A DNA stretch of 64,000 nucleotides from Eledone cirrhosa (GCA_964016885.1 OZ024742.1:289354001-289418000); one strand, 5' to 3'. Shown: positions 1 to 13,466, counted from the stretch's first letter. The notes: generated by a model not told the origin, from the letters alone. Made by a program: numbers and translations.

Positions 1-101
1 TTAATATTACAGAAGTTAGTTCCACCTTGTTTCATATTTTAATTACATTTTGGTGATTATTTGTAATTATTTTATTGACACTTCTTTTTTTTCTTTTGTA
101 G

Positions 102-199
102 GACGTAAATTTTTCCGCAAAAATGATCGCAAATTAGCAGAAAACCGAGAATTGGAGTTACACAAATTTGTAAAAGAGATTTTGTTGATGCATCCACAG
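102..199 (+). CDS. Internal exon of a PX (phox homology) domain protein, p47phox/SH3PXD2/PXDC1-like; (G)RKFFRKNDRKLAENRELELHKFVKEILLMHPQ
   Basis: Polypyrimidine tract and AG at 100-101, donor CAG|GTTAGT at 199/200. The peptide aligns by eye with the C-terminal half of Tks5/p47phox PX domains (G+xxF...R..A..R...L..Y...L+.+P). It ends in phase 0, matching the exon at 12891. Confidence 0.8.
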
Positions 200-1020
200 G
201 TTAGTGTTGTTGTTGTTACTGTTGTGGTTGTTATTGTTATATCTACCTATCTATCTCTATATGTCTGTCTGGCTGTCTTTCTATAGTTATCTACTTACGT
301 ATCTATTTTTGGACAAGAACAACAATAACAACAAAGCCTAAATCCAATAGCTGTCCGAAGACAGACAGATAGATGGAGAGATAGAGAGAGAGGGAGGGAG
401 AGAGAGAGGCATATAGGTAGATAGATACATAGGTACAACAAAGTCATCATAATTTAGTAGTTATATGTTTGATAATGATTAAAAGAAATATGGAAGAAAA
501 TTATCGCAATGGATTTAAAAAGGAATGTAAAATATATTATAGTGGGAGAAAGGTCAAAGAAAGTTACAAGTATCTTTACATAGAATGTTGTAATCCAGGA
601 ATTATTGTTTTCACTATATACCTTTTTGATGGGAACTATGCTAACATTTAAAATGTCATATTTATCTTCAAGACTTGGTGGTTGTTTCTAATTAAAATGT
701 GGAATTTCCTTGGGACCAGCTAGTTTGTATTATAGAGATTACTGCTTATGTCCTGATTGTCTTGTGGAAGAGGAATTCACTAGAAATGCTAACTTGTTTG
801 TGGAAGACCATGGACTGAAGGACCTGAAATGGCACTGAACTTTAAACCAAAATAACAAAATTTATTTAGAATTTAGTAAAGTTACCAAATATAGTTTCTT
901 TCTTTTTTTTTTTGTCTGTTAGACCATCCTTGATTAATGAAATCCATCCAAAGGTTTTAATCAATAAATTAACAATAATTCTTGTCCTCATTCCATTGGA
1001 TTAGCATCTACCAAAATATA

Positions 1021-1235
1021 TGTCATGTGGCTTAGTGTTTAGAGTGTTGGCATCACAGTCATGTGGCTGTGGGTTTGATTCCTGGTCCAGGCAGAACATT
1101 GTGTTCTCGAGCAAGACATTTCATTTTTCATGTTACATCAGTCCACACAGCTGGAAAAAAAAGTACCAGCAGCTGTGAGGGGGAGGAATTAACTTCTGCA
1201 ATGGACTGACATCCTGTCCAGGAGGAAGTCTTTTC
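1021..1235 (+). mobile_element. Decayed tRNA-derived SINE (CORE-like body)
   Basis: A-box-like TGGCTTAGTGTTTAG and B-box-like GGTTTGATTCC, followed by the GAGCAAGACATTTCATTT body motif shared with copies at ~5800, 39210-39325 and 42540. Confidence 0.6.
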
Positions 1236-1817
1236 ATTATAGGACTGAGGGAGGGGCTATCATTAAAACATCTGACAAATTTCCTTTGTGATACTACATT
1301 ATATGAGTCCAACTAACCCTACATAGGTGTGAACTATAACAACAACGATGACAGCATAGGCATTGTACAAAAATAGTTAGTAGCAAGGGCCTCAATGTAA
1401 TAAACTTTCCCCAATCTCAAGAAAGCCAAGTGATTTCGGCTTGTGTGTTCAGCAAGTCTTTTCAAGGTTCCCATGCTAGCGTGGAAAATGGACGTTAAAC
1501 GAAGATGATGATGATGATGATGATGATATATATATATATACACATACACTCACACGCTTGCATGCATACAAACATATATATAGATACGCAGACTCATGCA
1601 TACACACATACACACAACACTACAATGCTGTTGGCACCTCTTTAATTACCAAAGTTCCTATCCAGTACAGTTGACCTAACAAAACTAGCTCTCACTTTCT
1701 CTCTCTGCCTCTTCCCCAAGATTTTTGTCTATATTTCTCCATCTCTCTATCTTTTTCTGTCTATGTATTTCTCTACCTGTCTATCTATCTCAGTCTCTCC
1801 CACTATCTTTCTACTTG

Positions 1818-1820
<3 letters not shown>

Positions 1821-1910
<90 letters not shown>

Positions 1911-1915
1911 CTCTC
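1821..1915. repeat. (CT)n microsatellite
   Basis: Directly visible. It explains the low-complexity ORFs at 1725-2080. Confidence 0.95.
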
Positions 1916-2112
1916 CCACCCATCTCTCTACCCTCTCTTACCTTTCTTTCTCTCTCCCATGCCATCTTACCCACTTTCTCTCCTACACCACAACACAATT
2001 CTTCAACTTTATTTACTTTAATCACTAATTACAAATCAGCAATTAATTCTAATTGGAACAGTATTTGGCATAGAATCTAGACTTCCTAATTGTGTCATTA
2101 TAATGTTGCCTT

Positions 2113-2145
<33 letters not shown>

Positions 2146-2512
2146 AGCATGCATCTGAGGTTTTTGTCTATCAAATTTCATTCACAAGCTATTGAACAAT
2201 CCACAGTAATTGGAGAAGACATTTGCCCAAGGTACAACACAGCCATGCCTACATCACCCTCCCCCCCCTATATATAAATATATATTCAGCATGGCCTCAG
2301 CCGGATGGCTGGAACAGGTAAAAGATTAATATATATAATACTATAAGAGAACAAAGAATCAGTGTTGCATCATATACATATTTAATTGCATATTACATAT
2401 GTTTCATTGTCGATCAGCTCGAGGAACGATCGATTGATGATCAAACCTGACTCTGGAATCAGAAGCTCCTCAAATATGTGTTAACATGTAGACTCGCGTC
2501 TATACCTATATA

Positions 2513-2554
<42 letters not shown>

Positions 2555-2614
2555 AGATGACTCCGGAGCATTAGGAAAATTTGAAATGTGTGCATTTCAA
2601 TGCTAATAATTTAA

Positions 2615-2792
2615 TTGGTTCAAGGTCACCCATGGAATTTATGGAATCACTAGTCTGACGAGCAGATCAATACTGGAGCCAGGTCCATAACATCCATGGG
2701 TGACCTTGAGCCAATCCTCTGTGAAATGTTTATGACAGGTTGATACACAATAAAAACATAAATACATATAAACAAAACTTCATCATTTTTCT
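2615..2792 (+). mobile_element. Penelope-type pLTR relic with degenerate long-stem-II hammerhead and partial inverted copy
   Basis: CTGACGA(2655)-GCAGA...TCTGT-GAAA(2723). 2615-2648 is the reverse complement of ~2684-2714. A homologous copy lies at 51376-51500. Confidence 0.5.
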
Positions 2793-2802
2793 TATATATA
2801 TA

Positions 2803-3941
2803 TCATCATCATCATCATCACTGTTTTACGTCCGTTCTTCCACGCTAGCATGGGTTAGACGGGTTGTCCTGTTGTGGGCAGTGTCTGGTCAGCTGACCAT
2901 GCCTTGCTCATACAGGAACTGATTTGGCTTGATTTCTACAGCTGGATGCCCTTCCTAACACCAACCTCATTTACAGTGAGTGCTGGGTGCTTTTTCGTGG
3001 CGGCGCCTACACATCCACTTTACAGTGTGGGCTGGGTGCTTTTTTGCCAGGCACCTCCACGACCACCTTGCGGTGGGGGGTTTGGGGGCATATTGTCTAT
3101 ATGCTTCAGCTTGTACCCATGGGAGGTCGGGTACTCTGTATTACTGCGTGACGCCAGAGGTCACGGTCGTGTGTCATTGCCTTTGAGAGGTGTAATTGGG
3201 TAAGGTCGGCTTTTATCACCTCATCCCAGGTCATCTTGGGTCTCCCCACTCCGCGGTTTCCATTGACTTCTAGTGCTCTGCATCTTTTTATGCAGCTGTC
3301 TTCCTTCATACGCATCACATGTCCATACCAGCGCAACCGCCTCTCCTGCACACAGCATTTGATTCCTCTTATGCTCAGTCTCTCTCTCAATTCATTTATG
3401 CTTTGTCGTTCACGTATATTACTGTTACACATCCATCGGAGCATGCAGGCTTCGTTTCTCTCTAATCTACGTAAGTCTTCCACCTTCAGCGCCCAGGTCT
3501 CACTACCATGCAACATTGCTGTTCGGATACACGCATCATACAGTCTGCGTTTCATTCTGAGGGAGAAGCCTTTTGCAGCTAGCAGTGGTAGTAGTTCCCT
3601 AAACTTCTTCCATCCCGTTCTTACCCTAGTTATTGTACTTTCTGAACACCCACCTCCGCTGCTAATTCGGTCACCTAGGTAGCAGAAGCTGTCTACTGTT
3701 TCTACAGGGCCCTCCCAAAGATTGGTGGTACTTGTTTCCTGTGGCTGTTTGCTGCTTGCTGTCCCAGCACAGCTGCTGCATGTGAAGCCTACATTCTTAA
3801 TTAAGCTTCCTGAGATCCCGCTACATCTCTTGTGTACCCATTGTTTGCATTTGGGGCAGAGAATGGAGTTCCTACCTACACCTTTCCTACATACTGAGCA
3901 AGGCCATTTCCCTGAGGGGATCTGGGTTCTGTTTTCTCGTC
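2803..3941 (-). mobile_element. 5'-truncated RTE LINE (PHD insert, RT thumb, C-terminus, 3' UTR, (GAT)n tail)
   Basis: ORF 3106-3555 (MLHGSETW, RRLRWYGHVMRM, GRPKMTW) is homologous to the intact RTE at 47733-50915. (CAT)n at 2803-2820 and (TA)n on both flanks. Confidence 0.92.
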
Positions 3942-3949
3942 TATATATA

Positions 3950-5772
3950 TTTATTAAAATAACAGATTAAAGTTTAAGCAAAGAATCGCTGCTTTCACCC
4001 TTAATGGGATCTTCTGAAACTAAAAAATATCAATCTGTGAACGCAGAAGTAAATATTTCGAAAAACGTTGCAACCGAAGGAAGACAGGAAGACGATACTT
4101 TGGTTCGTGGAAACGTTCCCTGGCAAAGAAGGAAAAAAAAACGTTATTATTTGGAGCGGTGAAAACAATTACACGCAAAGACAAAACCACGTTCATGGTA
4201 TAAATGAAGTCGTGGACTAATATTCTATTAGGTGGTTCGTGGAGACGTTCCCAGGTAATGAACGGAAAAAACAAAGATAATACGTCATTATGTGGAGTGA
4301 TAAGAACAATTACACGCAAAGACAAACCACGTTTATGGTATAACTGAAGTCGTAGACTAAAATTCTATTTAGGAAACCGAATGAATCTCTGCTTCAGAGT
4401 TAAGAATAATGTAAATAAATTACAGAGGTTATTGAAATCAACAATAACTAGATATATACATGCACGCATCCATATACATAGATACACATGTATACGCGAA
4501 AACACCCGCTATGGGTATGCAAATACAGGCACGTACACAAAAACACGCGCACACATACAAAACCATGCAACGCCTGTACCCGCACACATACGAACGTATA
4601 CACATAAAACATATATATAAAAAAAAATATATATACATGTGTGCATGTGCGTGTATACATATAATTATATAAACGTATATAAATATACACACATAAATAC
4701 ATATATAACGCACGCACACACACCCACATGTAAATATACATATGTTCGCTAAACGTACGTCAACCAAAATACAAAGTACACATATACACGCACCCTACAT
4801 ACAAGCAAACCCGCATACACACACAAACGCAAAATACACATATACACATAACCATATATACATGTACCAGTATATATAATATAATATATACGCCTATAAC
4901 AGATACAAGCAAATATACGTACGAGAAAGTATACGTACCTTCACAAAAAATACAGGTAATATATACTTACCTATACAAATAAGTAATGGTATAAACATAA
5001 AATATACTTAGCTACCACATCAAGACATAAATCATCCGCTTATAGTTCGTACTATCCATTAGGGTATAAAGTGAGGCTGTAATACAGGAAAGTTTTGTAC
5101 AATTTATGTTTACAAGCCGAAATTGCCTCAGATTTTTTGTTTAAGATGTGGTCATTTTATTTTTGGCGTAGAGTATTTCCAGGGCTTCAGCGGCGCAGAG
5201 GTCACATGGTCTTTTATTTCCGTTATACGATCTAGCCTTAGCTAGGATCTTCCAGTGTAGCCTATATTGGGTGTGGTTGTCTTTTAGACTCCAGATATAA
5301 GCTGAAAGTGACGTCATATTTCTTCTTAAAGGGTTAAGAAAAGAATGGGCATGCATGTAAAGACGCTGCTTGAATCTATTGGCGGTTAACCCTATGTAGG
5401 CCCTACGGGACGTGGGTGTCTCAACCTTACATTTGTAGACAATGTTACTAGAGAGGCATTTCTCCGATAGGGGGTAGTCAACCCGATTCCTTCAATTACA
5501 GTTAGTACTAACTACAGGGTTGCACATGTTCCTACGACTAGGTAATTTAGCTAAATTTGAAGCAGTGATGTTATGTGCAAGGTTAGGAGTCGTAGAGTAA
5601 GAAATTTTAATGGTATTTCTATTAAAAATGTTATTATATTTATGTGCTGGGGGGAAATGCTTCATAATAAGGGAGAGAAAGATCTTAGCTAATGGTGTGG
5701 CCACCTCCATATTATATGGTGGGTTATACTATATAATGCGTCAGGATCTATTTTTCCTAGGTCTATGCTCAT
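3950..5772 (-). mobile_element. Penelope-like element 3' fragment (GIY-YIG endonuclease region, disrupted) with downstream pLTR-like region
   Basis: Minus-strand peptides YNPPYNMEVAT...FNRNTIKISYSTTPN, IVYKCKV...AYIGLTANRFKQR, CDLCAAE...LNKKSE..S.CKH are typical of Penelope/Neptune ORF C-termini. A degenerate hammerhead-like CAGAAGA-TCCC-ATTAA-GGGT-GAAA lies at ~3993-4016. Confidence 0.85.
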
Positions 5773-5784
5773 ACTCGGTATATG

Positions 5785-6108
5785 CTACCTGCACTGTGTC
5801 CATGAGCAAGACACTGTTTTTCACATTGTTCCAGTTCAGTCAGTTGGAAATGTGTTGTGACATCACTGGTGCCAGGTTGTATCAGCCTTTGCCTTTCTCT
5901 TGGACTACAGCAGTGGGATGGAGAGGTGAGACTAGCAAGCATGGGCAACTGCTGCTCTACCACAAAAACAACTTGCCCTGGCTTGTGCCTTGGAAAGGAA
6001 CCTTCTAGGTGCAGAAACCCTTGGTCATTCATGACCGAAGGGTGTCCTAAGACTGTCGATCACTGACAAAATGAGTGAAAATGGACATTAAAAAATGATG
6101 ATGATGAT
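5785..6108 (+). mobile_element. SINE with CORE-like body and RTE-derived (GAT)n tail
   Basis: GAGCAAGACACTGTTTTTCAC body, CTTGGTCATTCATGACCGAAGGG motif (also at ~42325-42350 on -), and GGACATTAAAAAATGATGATGATG tail. Confidence 0.6.
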
Positions 6109-6629
6109 ATCATATTATATACCTATTTTCCATGCTAGCATGGGTTACATGGGTTGTCATGTTCCGAGGCTAGACCAGGTAGGTGACCATTGTTCTCCCT
6201 CTACTTATGTATTGAGTACCTTATTTACTGTGTTTACCCCCAATTTCACTCATGATCTATATATATCTGTGTCTGTGTATGTATATATACCATATATACA
6301 TCTCTGTGTGTGGAAGATGATACAGAGAGAGAGAGAGCTATGTATGTAAACATATACACCTATGTGAGATTGTGAGATAGTAAAGACTTCTGGAAGTCTA
6401 AATATAGTCCAACACTGAAGAAGATTGCTAACTGACAGGTATTTAGGGAAGGTGTTGCTACTATAAATACATTAACATATTAAACATTCAACTTTTCAAC
6501 ACTAGACATTACACATGGCTGTTCAACCTCCATACACTCTTTTGTTGTCCCTTTCTCTCTCTTATAAGGAATCTTACTACCTCCTCCCTCTTCACTTCCA
6601 TTTATTACATCCTATATTTCATCTCTTTA

Positions 6630-7640
6630 ACTGGGCCTTACATACCATTGACATCTCTCTAGTAACCGGACCTTAGTTACCATAAACATCTCCCTGTAAC
6701 TGGACCTTAGTTACCATAGACATCTCCCTAATAACTGGACCTTAGTTACCATTGACATCTCCCTAGTAACTGGTTCTTAGTTACCATCAACATCTCCCTA
6801 GTAATTGGACCCTGCATGCTATCAGCACCCAGCCCCTTACTGGGCCTTACCACCCCCTCACTGGGCTCTCCGTACGTTCAGCACCCACCCCTCACTGGGC
6901 TCTACATACCATCAGCACCCCACCCCCTCACTGGGCTCTACATACCATCAGCACCCACCCCCTCACTGGGATCTACATACCATCAGCACGCCACCCCCTC
7001 ACTGGGCTCTACATACCATCAGCACCCACCCCCTCACTGGGATCTACATACCATCAGCACCCCACCCCTCACTGGGCTCTACATACCATCAGCACCCACC
7101 CCCTCACTGGGATCTACATACCATCAGCACCCCACCCCTCACTGGGCTCTACATACCATCAGCACCCACCCCCTCACTGGGCTCTACATACCATCAGCAC
7201 CCACCCCCTCACTGGGCTCTACATACCATCAGCACCCCACCCCCTCACTGGGATCTACATACCATCAGCACCCCACCCCCTCACTGAGCTCTACATACCA
7301 TCAGCACCCACCCCCTCACTGGGCTCTACATACCATCAGCACCACCCCTTCACTGAGCCTTACATGCCATCAGCACCACCCCTTCACTGAGCCTTACATG
7401 CCATCAGCACCACCCCTTCACTGAGCCTTACATGCCATCAGCACCCACCCCCTCACTGGGATCTACATGCCATCAGCACCCACCCCCTCACTGGGATCTA
7501 CATACCATCAGCACCACCCCTTCACTGAGCCTTACATGCCATCAGCACCCACCCCTTCACTGAGCCTTAGATACCATCAACAGCTCCTAGTATCTGAACC
7601 TTTGACACCACCAACACCCCTTATTGGGCTTTAGCTACTA
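6630..7640. repeat. Intronic ~35-38 bp C-rich minisatellite (ACTGGGCTCTACATACCATCAGCACCCACCCCCTC)
   Basis: About 20 near-identical units in the centre with more diverged units at both edges. Confidence 0.95.
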
Positions 7641-8329
7641 TTAACCTTTTTGCATCTCTCTCTTTAATTGAGCCCTCCTCTCCCTCTCTCTGTTTCACCC
7701 TCTCTCTCTCTTTCTGTCTCTCTCTAAATCACTGATAGTAATTAGTTTTGTACAGCTATAGATGATGGGTGTTGAGTGTATGAAAAAGTAATCATTTTAT
7801 TCACAGTTGTATAAATAACATTACAAATTGTTTATAATTCTTACAGAATGAAAATATAAACACAAATATAAACATATATAATAGATACAATTAATTATTG
7901 CTAGGAACCTCACAAATATAATATACCAAAAATATATGATCAAAGTGAGAGAAAGAAAAGAAAAAAATGGGGAAACAAAAACGACCATCAATTTACTACT
8001 AAGTGTAACAATCTGTCACATACCACATCACAAAGGTCAATGGCAAATTTTGAGGCAAGTCAACATGCTTCCAGCAGTACCACAGGTGATGGCGAGGCTA
8101 AGGCACTGAAACAACCAAGCACCCTCACGGACATCACCTGACACCTCAGTAAAGGCAAACTGCCAATAATGACAAGAACTTCGCTGTCAGTATCCCAGTT
8201 CCACCAAATGTCTCAAACATTTCAATATATTGTAAAAGAATGCAATAAACCTTAACATACCTCCCACTGCAACCATTTAGAAGACCTTTTATTGCACCTC
8301 ACTCTTACATTTTATCAGCATTCTTTTAT

Positions 8330-8880
8330 GTAAGAACAGCAGAGAGTATAGATGGATTGAGGGAGAAGATGAATAGATAGGAGGAATATCTAGAGGTAAG
8401 AGGTATGAAGGTGCATATTGGAAAGACAAAGGTGATGGCAAGTGGCAAAGCATTTAGTGAGATGAAAAGAACAGGAAGGTGGCCATGTGCTGTGTGTAGG
8501 AGCAGGAATGGTGTTGGAATGGACTCCATTAAATGTATAATATGCACTGGGTGGGTACATTGAACATGTAGTGTGAAGGGATTATTTAATAATGTAGCTG
8601 CTATATTTAAGTGTAAAATTTATATGGAGGGAGCTACAGATGGATAGGATGTTCAGCTGGGTTTTGAGAATGGTGTGAAGATGGAAGCTGTGAAAGCATT
8701 TGTTACTTTAGATGGGTTGAATGGAGAGGATGGATCTTAAGTGTGAGGTGCAAAGAAGAAGTTCTGGGAACTGAGTGGTGTACATATGAGGAGGGGAGTG
8801 TTGCTGAAATTGAAGGGAAGGGAGGTGTATGAATGTGGAGCAACAGGGAAGACTAGGAAGAACAAAAGTAAGATTGGGAA
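8330..8880 (+). mobile_element. Old RTE LINE relic including the PHD-like insert
   Basis: Degenerate GMKVHIGKTKVM...GRWPCAVC...SIKCIICTGWVH..C and KKFWELSGV, with stops and frameshifts. Confidence 0.65.
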
Positions 8881-9195
8881 GTTTAGTTGAGTGGAGTCTT
8901 ATCTTTATGATAGTGAGATAGTCAAATTGGGCAGTTTGGTTGAGTGGGTGTTACCTTTGTGATAGGCTGGTGTCCTATCCAGGAGGGAGTTTTGTTTTCT
9001 AAGTTGCTTAACATCCATGAAACCGGGATAAGCTCTGGGCTTCGTCTGATGTGTGTAAGCCTAAAAAACAGGCATAAAACAATAAATTTAAATCTTTTGA
9101 TACTTAGCCACCTGAAACCATCCCCAGTTCCATGATATAAAACTTTATTCTAAAGTGTATATATTTACCTAAAAACTTTCCATCATAATTTATGT

Positions 9196-12100
9196 AAGAG
9201 ACTTCTGGCGTTCTTAGCCCCTGCACCACATCCCTATTCCCTGCTATTGAAGCAGAGTTGGCCGCCTGCAGGTGCAGGCCCCATATGGTAAAGTGGCTGT
9301 TTCAGCGTGTTTCCTTCACCGTCCTCCAGGGAAATGTATTCTCCATCCTGTTGACCAGGACTCAGAAGTGAAGAGTAAGTTAGTTGGAGGTGAAAGATAC
9401 TCGTTCAGAAGTCATTTTCTCTCTATTTCTTTAAAAAATCTCTTCAAAGGTCAATGAAAATAGAGGTAATCTCATTTATGTCAGAACTTTTGTTATATTC
9501 ATGAAAGCTTCAGCCTACGAGATGATGGGCAGATATGGAAGTTTGTTAAGGCTGGTGAAACATGGAAAAGAGATACCAGCTGGTCTGAAAACACTGTACC
9601 CACAACAACTGACAATAAAGAAACTGAAAAAACTCTGGGAAACTAAATCAGAACAACCTGCCATCCCCTGCACATAATCATATACTGGAATCAAGGTACA
9701 AATTGTTGTCCTTGAATGCACGTAGTCTATGCAGTAAGATTCATCTTTTTGACTCCTACGTCAAAAGTATCAACCCTGACTTCATTACAGTTACGGAAAC
9801 TTGGGCACATCCCTTACTCTGTGATGGGGTTTTCAGCATGACTGGCTACAACCTGTTTCATAAAGACCGTATTAATCGTGGTGGTGGTGGTGTAATGGTC
9901 TACGTTCGGTCAAATCTGTTGGCAATTTCTTGTGTTGATTTGAACCAATCACAGCAGGAAGTTTTTTTCTGCGATATACGTATGACCATGTCAACATTGC
10001 TACTTGGAGTCGTTTACCGTCCCCCAAATTACCATCAGGACACTCAACTTTGTGATATCCTCAGAGCTGCTGCCAGGAAAACAGCCACTTATGTTTTCAT
10101 TGCAGGAGACTTCAATCACCCTGAGATTGACTGGGAAACCATTCGTTGGCCGCCAAGTGCAAACGACTTCCTTGAGCTAGTGCTGCACTCGAATTGGTCC
10201 CAAGTAGTCACCTCCCCAACAAGAGGTGACAACACTTTGGACCTACTCTTCACCACTACTCCTGAAACAGTCATTAGTGTTACTGCTGAGGAACCTTTAG
10301 GTGACTCTGATCATGCTATGATCATTGCCAATCTATCCCTCATGGGAAGTAACAAGAACCACAACTATCTCCAAACTGCTCACTTTGACTGGAATAAAGC
10401 AGACTGGAACTGTTACTGCACCGAGTTGCAACGGCCAAACTGGCTTGAGTTCTACGACTCTGGAGGTGTCAACACTGTACTCCAGAACATCCTGAGCTCA
10501 ATATGGACAGCATGTGCAGCATCGGTGCCACGTAAGTGGAAAAAACATCCCAAAGTGCAATTTGGGAGACTGCAGCAGTCCGTCTTGCCAGAAAAGAACG
10601 GCGCAATGCTGAACGTGAGTACAAACTTCACAAATCAGACATTAATAGGAAGAGGCGAAATAGATCGTCCAACCACCTCAAACAGGTGACAAAAAAGGCA
10701 GTGCTTCAATTTGAGCAGCGCATAGCAACCAGCCCTGACAGTAAGGTGTTCTGGAAGTATGTTCACTCAAAGCAGAGGCCTCACTCTCCAGTTGGTCCTC
10801 TTCACAATCCCCACACAAGCCAGGTTACTGACAACCCCAAGTAATGCGCAGAGCTCATTGCTGAATGCTATGCAGGCATTTTCACTATTGAAGACCAGAG
10901 TGTACCATCTCCACCACCTATGACACCGGACTCTATTACAACCATGGAATTTACACCTGCAATGCTGCGACGTCACCTAAAAAATAAACGCAACCATGCC
11001 TCTTCTGGTCTTGATGGTGTTACGTACCTGCTTCTTAAATGTGGTGAATACCTCCTTCTGCACCAGTTATCACGCTTCTTCCAATTCTGTCTGAACAACG
11101 GTGCTACTCCAGAACAGTGGAAAACTGCCAGTGTCATTCCTCTGTTCAAAAAGGGTGACCGCACATCACCTGTGAACTATCGTCCAGTCAGTCTTACTAG
11201 TTGCATTGCCAAACTGATGGAATCCTGTGTCAGAGAAACACTTTGGAACTTCTGGAGCTCTCACAGTCTTATCCGGCCCTCGCAATTTGGATTTATCCCC
11301 AACTCCAGCTGCTGTGATCAACTTATCGAGTTTCTTGAAGACATCACCTGGATCACTGATGGCGGCTCATGGGTGGATGTTGTTTACCTTGACTTTGCGA
11401 AGGCCTTCAATTCTGTGCCACACAAAAGGCTTATGGCAAAACTCTCTGCAATGGGTGTGAAGGATGATCTTTTTAACTGGTTGAAGTCCTTCATTCTCAG
11501 TCGAAGAGAGGTAGTCACGGTTCTGGGACAGCATTCCTCACCATATGAGATGTCATCTGGTGTACCACAGGGATCTGTTTGTGGCATATATTAATGACAT
11601 AGATGCCAACTTAAAGAATTCCACAGTACTAAAGTATGCAGATGACATCAAGCTGTACCTTGAGATAAAAAGGACAGATCCTGAACACTATAGATCTTGC
11701 TTGCAGTCTGACCTGGACACAATGCAACAATTGATCTCAGACTGGCAACTCAAGCTAGCTGTGGACAAGTGCACCACCATGCATTTTGGGAGTAAAAATC
11801 CAGCGTCCACATACTCCCTCCACAGCACTAATATCAAGAAGTCTTCTTGTGAACGTGACCTGGGCATTACGGTCAGCAGCGATTTGCGTTGGACCAAGCA
11901 CATCTCTAAAATTGTCAAGAGGGCTGAGTGTGTCTTAGCATCACTCAGCAAGACCTTTGTCAGCCGCTCTCCAGCTATCTATTTAAGGCTGTACATGGCT
12001 ATGGTGCGGCCACACTTAGAATTTGCATCACCAGTCTGGAACCCCTATCTTGCTCAGAACATTGACCGCCTGGAAACTGTTCAGAGACGTGCAACCAAGC

Positions 12101-12603
12101 GAATACCCTCCATCAGGCATCTACCATACTTTGAGCGCCTTGCTTCCCTGGGCATGGATACATTGAAGCTCCGACACCTGGCAACTGACTTGGTAAACAC
12201 CCACAAAATTGTTAACCATCTTGCCAACAACAACCCTGAGTACCTTTTTGATTTCCATGTGTCTAACACACGTGGGCATGCCCACAAAGTCAGAAAACAG
12301 CACAGTTCCCATGACTTTCGGAAACATTTTTTCACGTTCAGAGTTGCTGAAGCACGGAACAAACTACCTGCATCAGTTGTTAGCTGTCGAGACACTGCAT
12401 CCTTTAAAACCTCCATGCTTCCCGAGATTTGCCAACACTACACCTAATGTTCCCCCTCCATACACATACACACATGTATACCATGACTCATACACTATTC
12501 ACTTCCCTGACATTTGTATATTATTCTATGTACTATACATGCACCTTTGACGAATTTAGTGCACCTGAGCACTTTACACAATAATTTCATTATTATTATT
12601 ATT
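9196..12603 (+). mobile_element. CR1-clade LINE, near full-length ORF2 (APE endonuclease + RT), inactivated
   Basis: LNARSL, VTETW, GDFN, SDH endonuclease motifs (9703-10689). NYRPVSLT, YLDFAKAF, GVPQGS, YADD, ERDLG, TRGH RT/C-terminal motifs are split over four frames, with a stop at 10842. (ATT)n tail at ~12589-12603. Confidence 0.93.
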
Positions 12604-12890
12604 CCAAGCACCAACTTGATAATGAGAAAGTTAGTTATATTACTACATCCTTTGAAATTCTTGATTACTTTCAAAATTATTTGAAAATCATAGGCAGTGT
12701 GTTTAATTGGAAATATAGTAACAAAAGGGTTAACTCTCACTCACTTTATTCTCATTCTCCTACTATCACTCACCCATTCTCTCTCTCTCTTTCTCCTCCT
12801 ACTTCCACATTATTCTGTTTGTGTGACATCAAATAAAAACAGTGTTATTATATAAGAGACTGACCAAACTGTATTTTATTTCTTTCTCAG

Positions 12891-13016
12891 ATGTCCAGTA
12901 GTCCAGTTATTGTTGAGTTCTTTGAAGCTCGTTCCAGTGACCCTATACCTCCGATGAGAGAACCTTTGGAAACAACAGACTTCTATGAGATGGATGAGTA
13001 TGATGCCTATACATGA
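12891..13016 (+). CDS. Probable terminal coding exon of the PX-domain gene; MSSSPVIVEFFEARSSDPIPPMREPLETTDFYEMDEYDAYT*
   Basis: Strong acceptor TATTTTATTTCTTTCTCAG at 12872-12890, phase 0. S.SPVIVEFFEARSSD matches the PX terminal helix (cf. Tks5 ISQCDEVFRFFEARPED). TGA at 13014-13016. Confidence 0.78.
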   Translation: MSSSPVIVEFFEARSSDPIPPMREPLETTDFYEMDEYDAYT

Positions 13017-13423
13017 ACACACACACACACTCACACACACTCACACATATACATACATACACATGACATATCTGCTGATGTGTAGACATAAGGAAGGAAC
13101 CTTGCTCTAGTAACTAGAGTTACCACAAATATGGTACTGAGGTTCTAAATAAGGCCTGGAAAAACTGTTAAATTAAGATTAATATTTTTTGTATTGTTGC
13201 TGCTGTTTTTAAATCTTTGAGATCTGAGAGAGAATATCTCGGAAAATTAATTAAAAAATAGAGAAAAACTGTTTGTGTATATATATAATGTAATGTTTAT
13301 ATAATATAATGTATATAATATATATATAATGTATATAATATATATATAATGTATATATTATATATGTAATGTTTATATAATACACACATACACACACACA
13401 CGCATATATATATATAATGTATA

Positions 13424-13466
<43 letters not shown>

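Noticed and set aside
6805-7424. Pro/His-rich ORFs
   Set aside because: Translations of the minisatellite.
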